Virus record (IMG/VR): IMGVR_UViG_3300037258_000279
Span: 1 to 64,000 of that record
Strand: one strand, 5' to 3'
DNA from: a virus
Length of the DNA stretch: 64,000 nt
Of the stretch, positions 19,583 through 29,068 are shown piece after piece. The notes under the pieces were generated by a model that worked only from the letters and a program-made list of their open reading frames with translations, had not been told where the DNA came from and did not search any database. The stretch's first letter is position 1, and each line of letters opens with the position of its first letter. The translations under genes were made by a program, and so were the position numbers.

Positions 19583-19599
19583 AAAGCAAGGATTGGTAG

Positions 19600-19940
19600 T
19601 CATTGTTTAGCGGAGCGAATCGGAGCAGGCAAGGCCAGGCTAGGCGGTGCTGGGTGGTCCAGTGCCAGGCAGGCTATTCCCGGCGTGGGGCGGCTCGAAT
19701 CGGCATGGCAGAACGCGGAATGGCATGCTCCGGCACGGCAGGCGCGTCATTGTTTGGGGTGGGCATAGTGCGGTCGGGTGCGGCAGGCTTGTCATTGTGC
19801 GGCATGGTAGGGAATGGGCTACGTGGCAGGCACACCGGGGGCTTGGTACGGCTGGGTACGGGATCGGCATAGCGTGGCGCAGATCGGCTGGGCAGCCGTG
19901 GGTAAGTGAGGGTAGGCGTGCGTGGCGATTCATAGCAGGC
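19600..19940 (+). repeat. pentamer (NN-GGY) array 1, punctuated by RGCAGGC; putative guide-RNA array
   Basis: 5-nt periodicity; boundaries at 19624, 19668, 19737, 19782, 19825, 19891 (GGCAGCC), 19911 (GGTAGGC), 19934. Confidence 0.85.
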
Positions 19941-19956
19941 AAGGAGTTGGAAAATC

Positions 19957-20418
19957 GTGACGATCAAAAGTGAGATTCTGGCGTTAAAGGGCCGGACTGG
20001 TGAAAAACTTCACGCCGGACAAGTGATCGATTGGGCGCGCGCGCATCCTAATTCTCGGCTGCACCGTGCAATCGAGTGGAACGACGCAAAAGCCGCGGCC
20101 GATTACCGGCTGTGGCAGGTGCGTCAGCTCATTCAGGTGCATGTTGTCGACGAGGACGACGCGCCGATCTTCGTGAGCCTGTCGGTCGATCGTACCGCTG
20201 GCGGGGGCTATCGGGCGATATCGGACGTGCTCAAATCGCGGACTCTTTCTGAGGTGATGTTCAGCGACGCCGCCGAAGAGCTTAAGCGCGTGCGCGAAAA
20301 ATATGAGTTGGTCGACGGCCTGATGGAGGTCTGGCGCGCGGTCGACAAGGTCAATAATCGCCGGGCGCGCAAGAAGGCCGCGGCGGAGAAGGGTGGTGGC
20401 GACGCCGCTCGAACCTGA
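19957..20418 (+). CDS. conserved phage protein between the two arrays
   Basis: AAGGAG RBS; SRLHRAIEWNDAKAAADYRLWQVRQLI, GGGYR. Confidence 0.8.
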   Translation: MTIKSEILALKGRTGEKLHAGQVIDWARAHPNSRLHRAIEWNDAKAAADYRLWQVRQLIQVHVVDEDDAPIFVSLSVDRTAGGGYRAISDVLKSRTLSEVMFSDAAEELKRVREKYELVDGLMEVWRAVDKVNNRRARKKAAAEKGGGDAART

Positions 20419-20878
20419 ACGGCACAATCTGGGAGGGCCGGACTGGCGATTCAGGGAATGGCTCGGTAGGGATAGAATCGGCAGGCAGCCCGTGGCTCGT
20501 CTTTGCAAGCCTCGGCTCGTCTTTGCGGGGCACGGCGTGGAAAAGCAGGCAAGACGCGGCTTAGCGGGGGGGGGGCAGGGCAGTTCGCGGCAGGCGATGA
20601 GTTGCCAGACATAACGGGGCGAGGTCCGGTACTGCGAAGCAGGCGTGGAGAAGCATCGCACGGCAGTGAGTAACGAAGTCCGGCGTGGTGTGGCTGGCCC
20701 TCCTTGGCGGGCAATGCTAGGCGGTGCGGGGCAGGGCAGGTAGTCGTATGGCAGACCTTGGCAGGTTTGGCGTTGTCTGGCATGGCAGCACTACCTAGCG
20801 TGGCCTTACAGGGCGATACTTGGCTAGGCGAAGCAGGCGAGGCAGACCGCGCGGCGAAGAGGTATCGGTAAGGCTGGC
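20419..20878 (+). repeat. pentamer (NN-GGY) array 2, punctuated by RGCAGGC; putative guide-RNA array
   Basis: fills the whole intergenic gap; boundaries at 20480, 20544, 20589, 20638, 20692, 20735, 20760, 20832, 20872. Confidence 0.85.
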
Positions 20879-21496
20879 ATGGAAGATCCCTATCTACGGG
20901 CCGATCGCGACGACAGTGTTCAGGCGTTGCAGGACATTCTCGCCGCGGTCGACGCCGGCGCGGATAGTGAGGCGCTGAAAGACCTGGCCCTTTCGGTTTT
21001 CACCAAGATCACCATGCGTCGCATGGGCGTGGCACCGCCGGACGATGACGACAACGCGGACCTGATTCCAATCAAAATCGGAGCCAAGACAGGCGTTAAA
21101 GCGTGGTGCAAGCGGCTCTTGGCGATCGACGATAGCGAGCATGGCGGCTATAGCTTTATCGGCCCGTTTCTGCCCTTGGGAACGACCGTCAGGCTGCCGC
21201 GTCTCACGCTGTTGCTGCGCTACGACCAGTTCAACGCCGACGCGAAATCCGTGTCGGCCAACATCAGCATGGTCGAACGCGATTCGGCAACCGGGATTGA
21301 GGGCTTCCAGAAACTGGTTGAATCCAGTGGTGCGCATTGGGCGGCGCCGCTGAAGGAAAAAGGTCCACAGCTCCTGAGCATCGTTGGTGAATACCGCCGG
21401 CGCGAAGGCATCGGGCGCCCGCTGTTCGTGACGCCGGAAACTCCGGAACTTCCTGGCGTCCTCGCCAAGGGCGGAAAGCTCAAGAATCGACGCTAA
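20879..21496 (+). CDS. hypothetical protein, last gene of the RAMP operon
   Basis: 205 aa; ATG directly follows the last array boundary; convergent with helicase. Confidence 0.65.
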   Translation: MEDPYLRADRDDSVQALQDILAAVDAGADSEALKDLALSVFTKITMRRMGVAPPDDDDNADLIPIKIGAKTGVKAWCKRLLAIDDSEHGGYSFIGPFLPLGTTVRLPRLTLLLRYDQFNADAKSVSANISMVERDSATGIEGFQKLVESSGAHWAAPLKEKGPQLLSIVGEYRRREGIGRPLFVTPETPELPGVLAKGGKLKNRR

Positions 21497-22671
21497 GGCG
21501 TTACCCATTCCTTTTCGCCAGGAAGAATCATGTCAGCGGGTCGGATGACGGCACGGCCCCGGATGTCAACCAGCCGCACCTGCCCCGATTTTATGAGCCG
21601 GTCGACGCTGTCGGCAAACTCGCGCACGGGCGCATCGAAGGCCGACACGGCGGCTTTCTTGGCGCGCTGTGGCAATGACATGGCCGAGGCGTCATCGACC
21701 GGCACGATGATCCCGGTTTGCACCAGCCGGCGCAGATAGGCCAGCATCCGATAGTCAAGATCCCGCCTGTCCTGCGCATTGACGACGTGCCGCAAGGGCT
21801 TGCGCGTCTCGCCGTCCATCACGAAGACGCCTTTGTCCCAACGTAGATCGTCGGCATGGTGCGCGGCCGTGTAGTTGGCGCCCAGGCTGCGCAGCACGCG
21901 TGTATTCGAAGGCTGCCCGGTTTCCTCGTCGTAATCCTTGGGGCGCTGCATACTCATGGCGAAGCGCGCCGAGCCCAGCCACGCCGTCGATCCCGAATAG
22001 CTGTTGGGGCCGCTTTTCGAAGGATGGGCCGACAGGATCACGCCGGCGCCATTGGCACGCGCCGCCTCGCGCACGATCTCGCGCATGAAGATCGTGACCT
22101 GGCGCCGGAAGTTCTCATTGCCGCCGAAGGTGGCGCCAGCCGTATCGATACCGACAAGCTGCACACCTTCGTCGCGGATGTAATTCCACATCTGGCGCCA
22201 GAGCGGCGTGAACACGGGCTTGTCCGTGTACTTTTCGAACTCGATAAGCGTGCTGTCCTGCTCGTCGCGCGCAATCCAGGAGAAGTCCAGCTCGAGATCC
22301 GCGGCATTCGATCCATAGTGCTTCAGAATATCGTGCTGCCGGCGCTCGAGCTCGTCCTGTGGATCCTCGGCGAAGAGGCCAAAGGTCTTGACCTTCTTGG
22401 TCTGGCGATCGAGCCATGGCTGGCCCAAGGCTACAGCCGTCAGTAACTGCTGAATCATCAAAGATTTTCCGGATTTTGGCGGCCCCGCGAACAGGCATAC
22501 CGTCTTTGCCATGACGACGTTGTCGACGATCCAGTCCCGCGGCTTGATGACCTTGCCTTCGATCTCGGCCGCGAAAAATGGAACGAAGGGCTCGAGTCGC
22601 GGTGCCGCGCGCTGGCGATCGCCGATATAGGCGATCTTGCTATTGCCCGGGGCACCTTGGCCAGTGGTCAT
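21493..22671 (-). CDS. RepA-type (AAA_25) DNA helicase
   Basis: start MTTGQG; AGPPKSGKS, AEDP..ELERR, IDT..FGGNEN, AHPSK, SGSTAW. Confidence 0.88.
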   Translation of the reverse strand: MTTGQGAPGNSKIAYIGDRQRAAPRLEPFVPFFAAEIEGKVIKPRDWIVDNVVMAKTVCLFAGPPKSGKSLMIQQLLTAVALGQPWLDRQTKKVKTFGLFAEDPQDELERRQHDILKHYGSNAADLELDFSWIARDEQDSTLIEFEKYTDKPVFTPLWRQMWNYIRDEGVQLVGIDTAGATFGGNENFRRQVTIFMREIVREAARANGAGVILSAHPSKSGPNSYSGSTAWLGSARFAMSMQRPKDYDEETGQPSNTRVLRSLGANYTAAHHADDLRWDKGVFVMDGETRKPLRHVVNAQDRRDLDYRMLAYLRRLVQTGIIVPVDDASAMSLPQRAKKAAVSAFDAPVREFADSVDRLIKSGQVRLVDIRGRAVIRPADMILPGEKEWVTP

Positions 22672-23783
22672 TCCGCCGCCTCGCGCGCGCCGGTCGTTTC
22701 TATCGTGATTTCGGCGAGACCGATGCGGCGGCGCGCCATGTCCACGTATTTCGGGTTGAGTTCGACGCCGATCCAATTGCGCTGTAGCGACTCGGCGACG
22801 AGGCCTGTGGTGCCGGCGCCGAAGAAGGGATCGAGCACAGTGCCGCCTGACGGACAGCCGGCCTTGAGGCACGGCTCGACCAGCGCTTTCGGAAAGGTGG
22901 CAAAGTGCGCCTCGGGAAACGGCTCGCTCGCGATCGTCCAGACCGATCGCTTGTTGCGCCCGCCGTTCTTGCTCGGGTCGATGTTGTTGGACTTGGTTAA
23001 CCCGTCCGTCCTGCCGCCGCGATTCCTTTCCGAAATCGGGCGCCGCGCGTCGCCGGCATTGTGCTCGATGGCGGAATGGGCGCCTGGCCCTTCGGCCCAG
23101 CCGCCAACCTTCTTCTGTTGCTGCGCGGCGCGCGTGAACCCTTGGCCGTAGGGCGACTTGATCTTATCGGGCGCGTTCGGCCGCGGATAGTCGGCGCCCC
23201 TCCGGCCATCGGCGAACGGCTCGCGGATTGCGGCAACATCGTAGAAATATCGCGGACTCTTGGTCAGGAGGAAAATGTACTCATGCGCGCGCGTCGGCCG
23301 GTCGGTGACGCTCTCCGGCATCGGCGCCGGTTTGGCCCAGATGATGTCGCTGCGGAGATACCACCCATCGGCCTGCAAGGCGAACGCGACCCGCCATGGC
23401 ATGCCGATCAGGTCTTTGTTCTTGATGCCGTTGAATTGAAGACCCGGCCGAAAGCCTTTGACGGCGTTCTGGACGTCCACGTTCGAGCGTCCGACGCGGG
23501 CCGATGACTTGCCTTGCGCCGAATGTCCGCCGCTCGACGCGAACATATCGCCCATGTTGAGCCATAGCGTTCCGTCGTCGCGCAGGACACGCCGCACCTC
23601 GCCAAACACGCCGATCATCACATCGATGTATTCCTGGATGCTGGACTCGAGTCCGATCTGGCCGTCCACGCCGTAATTGCGAAGCCCGAGATAAGGCGGC
23701 GAAGTTACCACGCAATGCACCGATTGGTCGGGCAGCATCGCAAGTCCGTCCCGGCAATCGCCAATGATGATGCGGCCTGTCAT
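22668..23783 (-). CDS. N4/N6 DNA methyltransferase (beta class)
   Basis: start MTGRII; VTSPPY, IIWAKP, HFATFP, VLDPFFGAGTT. Confidence 0.93.
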   Translation of the reverse strand: MTGRIIIGDCRDGLAMLPDQSVHCVVTSPPYLGLRNYGVDGQIGLESSIQEYIDVMIGVFGEVRRVLRDDGTLWLNMGDMFASSGGHSAQGKSSARVGRSNVDVQNAVKGFRPGLQFNGIKNKDLIGMPWRVAFALQADGWYLRSDIIWAKPAPMPESVTDRPTRAHEYIFLLTKSPRYFYDVAAIREPFADGRRGADYPRPNAPDKIKSPYGQGFTRAAQQQKKVGGWAEGPGAHSAIEHNAGDARRPISERNRGGRTDGLTKSNNIDPSKNGGRNKRSVWTIASEPFPEAHFATFPKALVEPCLKAGCPSGGTVLDPFFGAGTTGLVAESLQRNWIGVELNPKYVDMARRRIGLAEITIETTGAREAAE

Positions 23784-24886
23784 GCGATCGCTCCCAGCGT
23801 CTGAGCACGGAGCTGATCGGCGAAGTCCGACCAATCCTCGCTTTCGGGAAAGATGGCACTCGCCTGGATGAACTGTCCGTAGGCCCACGCGGCGTAATCA
23901 GCCACGCGCTCGCCCAGGACGCCACGATCGCCGAAGATCAGCAATTCCTCGGCCTCGGGCGGAATCCAGATCGAAGGCTCCCGCTCCGGCACGCGCGCTG
24001 TCTCGATGCCGTGCGGCGGCCGCTCACCCCCGAACCAGGTCCGCGCTGGCTCGCCCGGCGCCGGCCGCGTCTCGCGCAGATGCGCCGGATAGCCGAGCCG
24101 CGATAGGCCGCAGGTCGCCCACACCGGCACGCGAAACAGGATCTCTGCGGCGCGCGCCGTCTCGACGCCTTCGGCAAACCCCATGATCCGGTCCGGCGCC
24201 GACAGACGCACGCAGCCGTTGCGCATCGAGCCGAGCGTCTTCTTGGGCGCCTCCTTCAACCGAGTGCCCTTGGGATCGCCGGCGCCGTGCGCGCCACCCA
24301 CGTAATAGGCCCCGGGCTCGAGCCAGGTTCGCTGGATGGCGGTAACGTGGTTCTCGGAATCCTTCAAGGCCGCCACCAGCGCCGGAAGATTCTTGTCAAG
24401 ATCACGGCACCGCAGGGACGCATGCGCGCGCAAACTCGGCGACGGGCTGGCCCCGGCAATCATGCGCGATCGCAGGTAAAGGTCCGCTTGCGTCGTGCCG
24501 TCGAGCGGCACCGAGTCGGTCCATATGCGCCGCGCGGCGTCGATGCCGTCCTGCTCGTCTTCTTTGGGATCACGCGCCGGCGCCGCTTGGTGCTTGGCCT
24601 GGGGTGCCGTCACCGGCAGGTTGAGCAACTCGTTCATTGCGTCGACAAACGACAGGCCACGCTTCTGCATCACGTAGGCGATCGCGTCGCCGTGCGTCCC
24701 GCAGCCGAAGCAATGCATGAATCCCTTCTCGGGTACGACGTGGAATGAGGGTGTCTTTTCGTTGTGAAACGGACATAGCCCAACGAATTCTCGACCGCGC
24801 TGCTTCAGGGCGACATCGCGCCCGATCAGTTCGTTAAGCGGGATGCGCTCGCGCGCCTCTTTCCGCTGCTCTTCGGTGAACGCCAT
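23780..24886 (-). CDS. DNA primase (CHC2 zinc finger + Toprim)
   Basis: CPFHNEKTPSF..HCFGCG..GD; AEGVETA; IFGD; DFAD. Confidence 0.9.
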   Translation of the reverse strand: MAFTEEQRKEARERIPLNELIGRDVALKQRGREFVGLCPFHNEKTPSFHVVPEKGFMHCFGCGTHGDAIAYVMQKRGLSFVDAMNELLNLPVTAPQAKHQAAPARDPKEDEQDGIDAARRIWTDSVPLDGTTQADLYLRSRMIAGASPSPSLRAHASLRCRDLDKNLPALVAALKDSENHVTAIQRTWLEPGAYYVGGAHGAGDPKGTRLKEAPKKTLGSMRNGCVRLSAPDRIMGFAEGVETARAAEILFRVPVWATCGLSRLGYPAHLRETRPAPGEPARTWFGGERPPHGIETARVPEREPSIWIPPEAEELLIFGDRGVLGERVADYAAWAYGQFIQASAIFPESEDWSDFADQLRAQTLGAIA

Positions 24887-25073
24887 CTAGGTTGCCATTT
24901 CCGCCCATTGGCGCCTGGATACCTTGGCGCTCCCGGCTTTGTTTTTCCGATACCATGCGTCGCCCATGTCACGCTTGCAATTCAGGCAATAAGGCTGCCC
25001 CACCACGCGCGGGACGCCGCCGCAACACGCGCACGGTTTTGAATCCGAAGGACGCGGGCGCGCCATCGCCGGC

Positions 25074-26858
25074 TCAATTCTCGCAAGCCTTTGTGCCCGT
25101 TTCGGGATCGTAAAAGCACGCGGCGCCTTCCGGCTCGGCTTTCGGCGCCGCCGAAAAGATACTTCCTCGCTTTCCGTTTAGATTATAGGTCGCACAGGAT
25201 TTCGCGCCCCCTTCCCATGCCCGCAAGTAAAGCTGTTTGAACGCCGAGAATGGAACGCCAGGTCCTTCGCCCTTGATCTGACCGTTCACATTCACGGTCT
25301 TCGAGATCGCGTTATCGACGTAGCGCTGCGCCCGGCACAGCACGTCGACGTGTTCTTCGGCCGTTACCTGATCCGCCGTCTTGCCAGTGACGCCATAGAA
25401 TTCCTTGGCGTAGTCTCGAAAGTGAAAGGCGCGCGGGCCTTGCGGGGTTATCACGGTGCGATCACCTTCGAGCATCAGTACCGGTTCCAATCCCGAACTC
25501 ACATAGTCCGCTCCCTGACTGATCGTGCCCGTCGGAGCAATTGATGTGAGAAGTCCGTTCCGCAGGCCGTAACGCCGGATCTCGTCCTGAAGGTTTTCGT
25601 CGAGTCGCGTCTTGAAGAACTCACCAGCGCAGTATCTGTCGGCGTCCCACAGTGGAAACGTACTCTTCTCCTTCGCAAGTTCCATCGACGTGCGGTACGA
25701 GCGATTCAGGAGTCGTTGTAGGATCGTGTCCTGCATATCGAGATAGCCCGGCGAACCGTATGGCTGTCCGCATATTTCAAGAGCGTTGGCGAGGCCGGTC
25801 ACGCCGACGCCCATGCGGCGCTTCGCCATTTCCTCCTGCTTCTGTTGTTCGAGGGGATAGAGCGTGCGATCGATCACCGCGTCATAGGCGCGCACGCTGG
25901 CGTCTACCGCGTCGTCGAGGCGTTCCAGATCGATCTCGTAGCGAACCACCTGCTTGCCGCTTTGAGCTGCAATCTGAATGCCGTTCGACTCGTGGACGGG
26001 TTGCACAAGTTTTACCATGTTAATCGAGCCAAGGAGGCAACATCCCCATGGCGGCAGGAATTGCTCCGAGCACGGATTACTCGTGGCAATCGTCTCGCAA
26101 TAATTCAGTGGGTTAAGCTGGTTGACCCGGTCAAGGAATTGGATGCCCGGCTCCGCCCAGTCAAAATTGCTTTCCATGATCATCGCCCAGACATCTGCGG
26201 CGCGCGCCTGCCCGAATGTAGTTTCGCCGAAGCGCAGATCGTAGCTGCCGTCGTTGGCAAGCGCTTCCATGAAGGCGTCGGTCACGGTGACGGAAATATT
26301 GAAATTGGTCAGGCGATCGCCGTTCTGCTTCGCCTTGATGAAGTGGAGGATGTCCGGGTGGTCGATTCGCAGGGTGCCCATCATGGCGCCACGCCGCGAT
26401 CCGGCCGACATGATCGTGCCGCACATCGAATTCCAGACGTCCATGAAGCTGATCGGGCCGCTCGCAAGCGCACCCATGCCGAGTCCGCGAATCGGCTCAC
26501 CCGATGGCCGGAGCGACGAGAAGTCCATGCCGATCCCGCCGCCGGCGCGCATCGTCATCGCAGCGTCCGCCACCGCCTCGAAGATGCCGCGCGTGTTGTC
26601 TGGGATTGTCGACATGACAAAACAATTGAACGATGTCGCCTGGAAGGGTCTGCCGACCGATAGCTGCTGGCGCCCGGCCGGAAGGATGGTCTGGTCGCGT
26701 AAGTAGTGGAGAAGTCGCCGGAATTCCTTGGCATTGTCGCCGGCGGTAGTGCGGGCATACCGCACGCAATAGTCGTCGAAACTCTCGTCCGGCGCTCGGT
26801 ATTTCATCGCGTGAATGGTCTGTCCGAGTTCGCTGCGAGGGCCATAGATTTCCGGCAT
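25074..26858 (-). CDS. nrdJ: class II (B12-dependent) ribonucleotide reductase
   Basis: NCFV, GGGIG, RRGAMM, NFNISV, EPG, TSNPCSEQ, SIAPTGTIS, ISKTVN, C-terminal Cys pair; no nrdB nearby. Confidence 0.92.
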   Translation of the reverse strand: MPEIYGPRSELGQTIHAMKYRAPDESFDDYCVRYARTTAGDNAKEFRRLLHYLRDQTILPAGRQQLSVGRPFQATSFNCFVMSTIPDNTRGIFEAVADAAMTMRAGGGIGMDFSSLRPSGEPIRGLGMGALASGPISFMDVWNSMCGTIMSAGSRRGAMMGTLRIDHPDILHFIKAKQNGDRLTNFNISVTVTDAFMEALANDGSYDLRFGETTFGQARAADVWAMIMESNFDWAEPGIQFLDRVNQLNPLNYCETIATSNPCSEQFLPPWGCCLLGSINMVKLVQPVHESNGIQIAAQSGKQVVRYEIDLERLDDAVDASVRAYDAVIDRTLYPLEQQKQEEMAKRRMGVGVTGLANALEICGQPYGSPGYLDMQDTILQRLLNRSYRTSMELAKEKSTFPLWDADRYCAGEFFKTRLDENLQDEIRRYGLRNGLLTSIAPTGTISQGADYVSSGLEPVLMLEGDRTVITPQGPRAFHFRDYAKEFYGVTGKTADQVTAEEHVDVLCRAQRYVDNAISKTVNVNGQIKGEGPGVPFSAFKQLYLRAWEGGAKSCATYNLNGKRGSIFSAAPKAEPEGAACFYDPETGTKACEN

Positions 26859-27321
26859 GTTTCTTCCCTTCCTATTGAATTAGAACGCAAAAATAACCGC
26901 TCGCCACAATTCGTGGCGGGCGTATTCCCTAAAGCGCGTGGTCGAGTTTGTGGCGGTACTGGTTGGCGGCGCGCAGCGCTACCCGCGCGGCGGGTTGGCC
27001 GAGACGTTCGAACGGTTCGCTGTCGCTGTCGCTGCTGGCGAGCAGGGTAAGCTGGTCGATCTGGGAGTCGACTCGCCTGATCTCGGCAACAACCCCCGGA
27101 GCCGATAGAGCCCGTGCCATGGTCGCCCCCAATACCCGCCAAGGTTTACCATCGTCTTCGTGGCGAGCAGCTTGCCGGGAGCTTCGCGTGCTGTACCGAG
27201 CGGCTCTTTGTTTGTTGACGGCAACGATACGCGCGCGGTGCCTTTACGATCAAGAGGAACTATGGCGCCGGCACAATAATTTTCCGGTGGACGATCGCGC
27301 GAGACTGTGCGCGGCCAATGT

Positions 27322-27798
27322 TTATGCGGGAAGGAGAGGAAAATTCTCAAGCGGTGTGACAGTTACGACGTAGCGCGGCGCCGTCGAATAGCCCTTCACA
27401 ATGCGCGCATCGGTGATCTGTTTATCGTCGCGCCAAACCACCTCGTTCAAGGAATCCAAGACCTTCAGTAGATTGTCGGAATCGGGTTTGACCGTGGCAT
27501 ATACGAAACCGGCCTCCGCGGCGCTGCGTTTTTTCTTCGACCAGCTCGCAGGAATCGGAAAAAGAGCCGTAACTTCGACGCGGACCGGCCCCTCGATCGG
27601 CGCGCGGCCGTTCATTTCTACTTGGGCCGCGTAGCGCAGCACATCCTCGTAGCGCCGCGTTGACGCCGGAGTGAAGGCATGACCGGTCTTTCGAACAAAA
27701 CGCGGACGCCCTTTGCCGACAGGCGCGCCGGACAGCGTGATGGTGATGGGCTGCAATGGGACTCGGATTACGGCGAGGCTGGCACCACATTGGTGCAA
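27322..27798 (-). CDS. rusA: RusA-family Holliday junction resolvase
   Basis: GKGRPRF, KPDSDNLLK..DSLN..WRDDKQI. Confidence 0.9.
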   Translation of the reverse strand: MHQCGASLAVIRVPLQPITITLSGAPVGKGRPRFVRKTGHAFTPASTRRYEDVLRYAAQVEMNGRAPIEGPVRVEVTALFPIPASWSKKKRSAAEAGFVYATVKPDSDNLLKVLDSLNEVVWRDDKQITDARIVKGYSTAPRYVVTVTPLENFPLLPA

Positions 27799-28562
27799 CC
27801 GAGGGAATTTAATGCTTGGAACCGTTCACGCGATTTGGTCCGATTCGGATTGCCGCGTAGTCCCGGCATGCGTCCTGCTGCGATCGCGCGGGCAGCGCTT
27901 CGGTGTTTTGCCCTTTCGCGATTCCGTTGAGCCCGCAGTCGCTTAATTTCCTCAGTCGTCAGTCCGGGGTACATCTCGGCTATTTTTCTTCGATTCAATT
28001 CGTGGCCTCGAGCTAATCCCGCCAGCATCTTCGGGTGCGTGGCTGGGATTCCTCTCTTCGATGTGCTTATTTTTGCACAAGACTCCGGTGAGTGAGTCGT
28101 TCCCAGTTTCGCGCGCCGTAATTTCTCCCTGGTCGCTGAAGAAACCGGGGGCATTCTGCGCCCTGTCAGCGCAATGGAAAGTGCCGCGCGCTGTTCGGCG
28201 CTATACCGCCGTCCCTTTGTGGCAATGGAGATTTTTCGTCGAGCTTCGGGCGACATGACGGGGACAAAGCCGCCTGTCGATAAATTGTATCCGTTTGGGT
28301 GCATTGTGCCGTAACTTGCGATCAATGCGCGCTCGACCGCAGCAGCTTCTCTGGCATCTACAGCTTCATACAATATTTCGGCAGTAAAGGCGTTCCACCC
28401 ATAAGCGTGGATGGCCCTGCCGACATAAAATCGCTTGCCTCTTTTCGCGTCGGATCTGTGCAGGGAAAGGCGTCGGCTCAACGTGCACCCGGTCAATCCA
28501 ATGTATGATCTTCCGTTAACTGCGCAGCGAAGCCGGTAGACAATCCATTTCTTCTCGGTCAC
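27768..28562 (-). CDS. GIY-YIG homing endonuclease with NUMOD3-like repeats
   Basis: IVY..NGRSYIGLT, R..H, AIHAYG, NGYN, repeated S.E.R.KIS. Confidence 0.85.
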   Translation of the reverse strand: MTEKKWIVYRLRCAVNGRSYIGLTGCTLSRRLSLHRSDAKRGKRFYVGRAIHAYGWNAFTAEILYEAVDAREAAAVERALIASYGTMHPNGYNLSTGGFVPVMSPEARRKISIATKGRRYSAEQRAALSIALTGRRMPPVSSATREKLRRAKLGTTHSPESCAKISTSKRGIPATHPKMLAGLARGHELNRRKIAEMYPGLTTEEIKRLRAQRNRERAKHRSAARAIAAGRMPGLRGNPNRTKSRERFQALNSLGCTNVVPASP

Positions 28563-29068
28563 GGTGCGGCGCTTGTGTTGGTGGTCGCGCTTCGAGTTGG
28601 GGCGATAGTAGCCCTATTTGTTGCCTCACGTTCCTCTGCACCTCTCAACCAGCCGCCATCCCACGAACAAAAAAGTAACGTTCCCGGCGAATAACAATTC
28701 GACGCCCGCGCGCCGCCAAGGCGCCCAACAGTGTAGCCCGCCTGGTCCATGGCCTCGCGCTCGTGTTCGGTCATCACCGGCTCGCTCGGCATCGAGGCCC
28801 CGGTATTGCTCAGGCCCACCGGTTTCTTGAGCCAGGCCATCATCTGGCGGTAATCGGCGTCGTCGGCCTCGCGCGTCGAGCCGCTCTTTTCGGCATCCTT
28901 CATCGCGCGCTTCATGGCCTTGACGTTGTGGCCGGCTTTTTCGGCTTCGTCGAAGACCTCTTTAAGATCAACCTTGATTCCCTTGATCTCGTTCGTTAGG
29001 GCCACGGCCGTGTCGAATCGGGCCAGGAAGTCATCGGCCATGTTGTTGTCGCCGATTCGTGCGCTCAT
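28559..29068 (-). CDS. GapR/DUF2312-like domain fused to an RMF-like motif
   Basis: EIKGIKVDLKEVFDEAEKAGHNVKAMKR; AGY..G...NCY..WDGGWLRG. Confidence 0.65.
   Translation of the reverse strand: MSARIGDNNMADDFLARFDTAVALTNEIKGIKVDLKEVFDEAEKAGHNVKAMKRAMKDAEKSGSTREADDADYRQMMAWLKKPVGLSNTGASMPSEPVMTEHEREAMDQAGYTVGRLGGARASNCYSPGTLLFCSWDGGWLRGAEEREATNRATIAPTRSATTNTSAAP

Noticed and set aside
19603-19973. ORFs across array 1, and 19984..20661 / 20393..20783 across array 2
   Set aside because: Low-complexity G/R/A or P/R/C translations produced by the repeat; no RBS
19583-20878. Canonical CRISPR array next to the Cas7-like gene
   Set aside because: No 25-40 nt identical repeats with unique spacers; only pentamer periodicity and 7-nt boundaries
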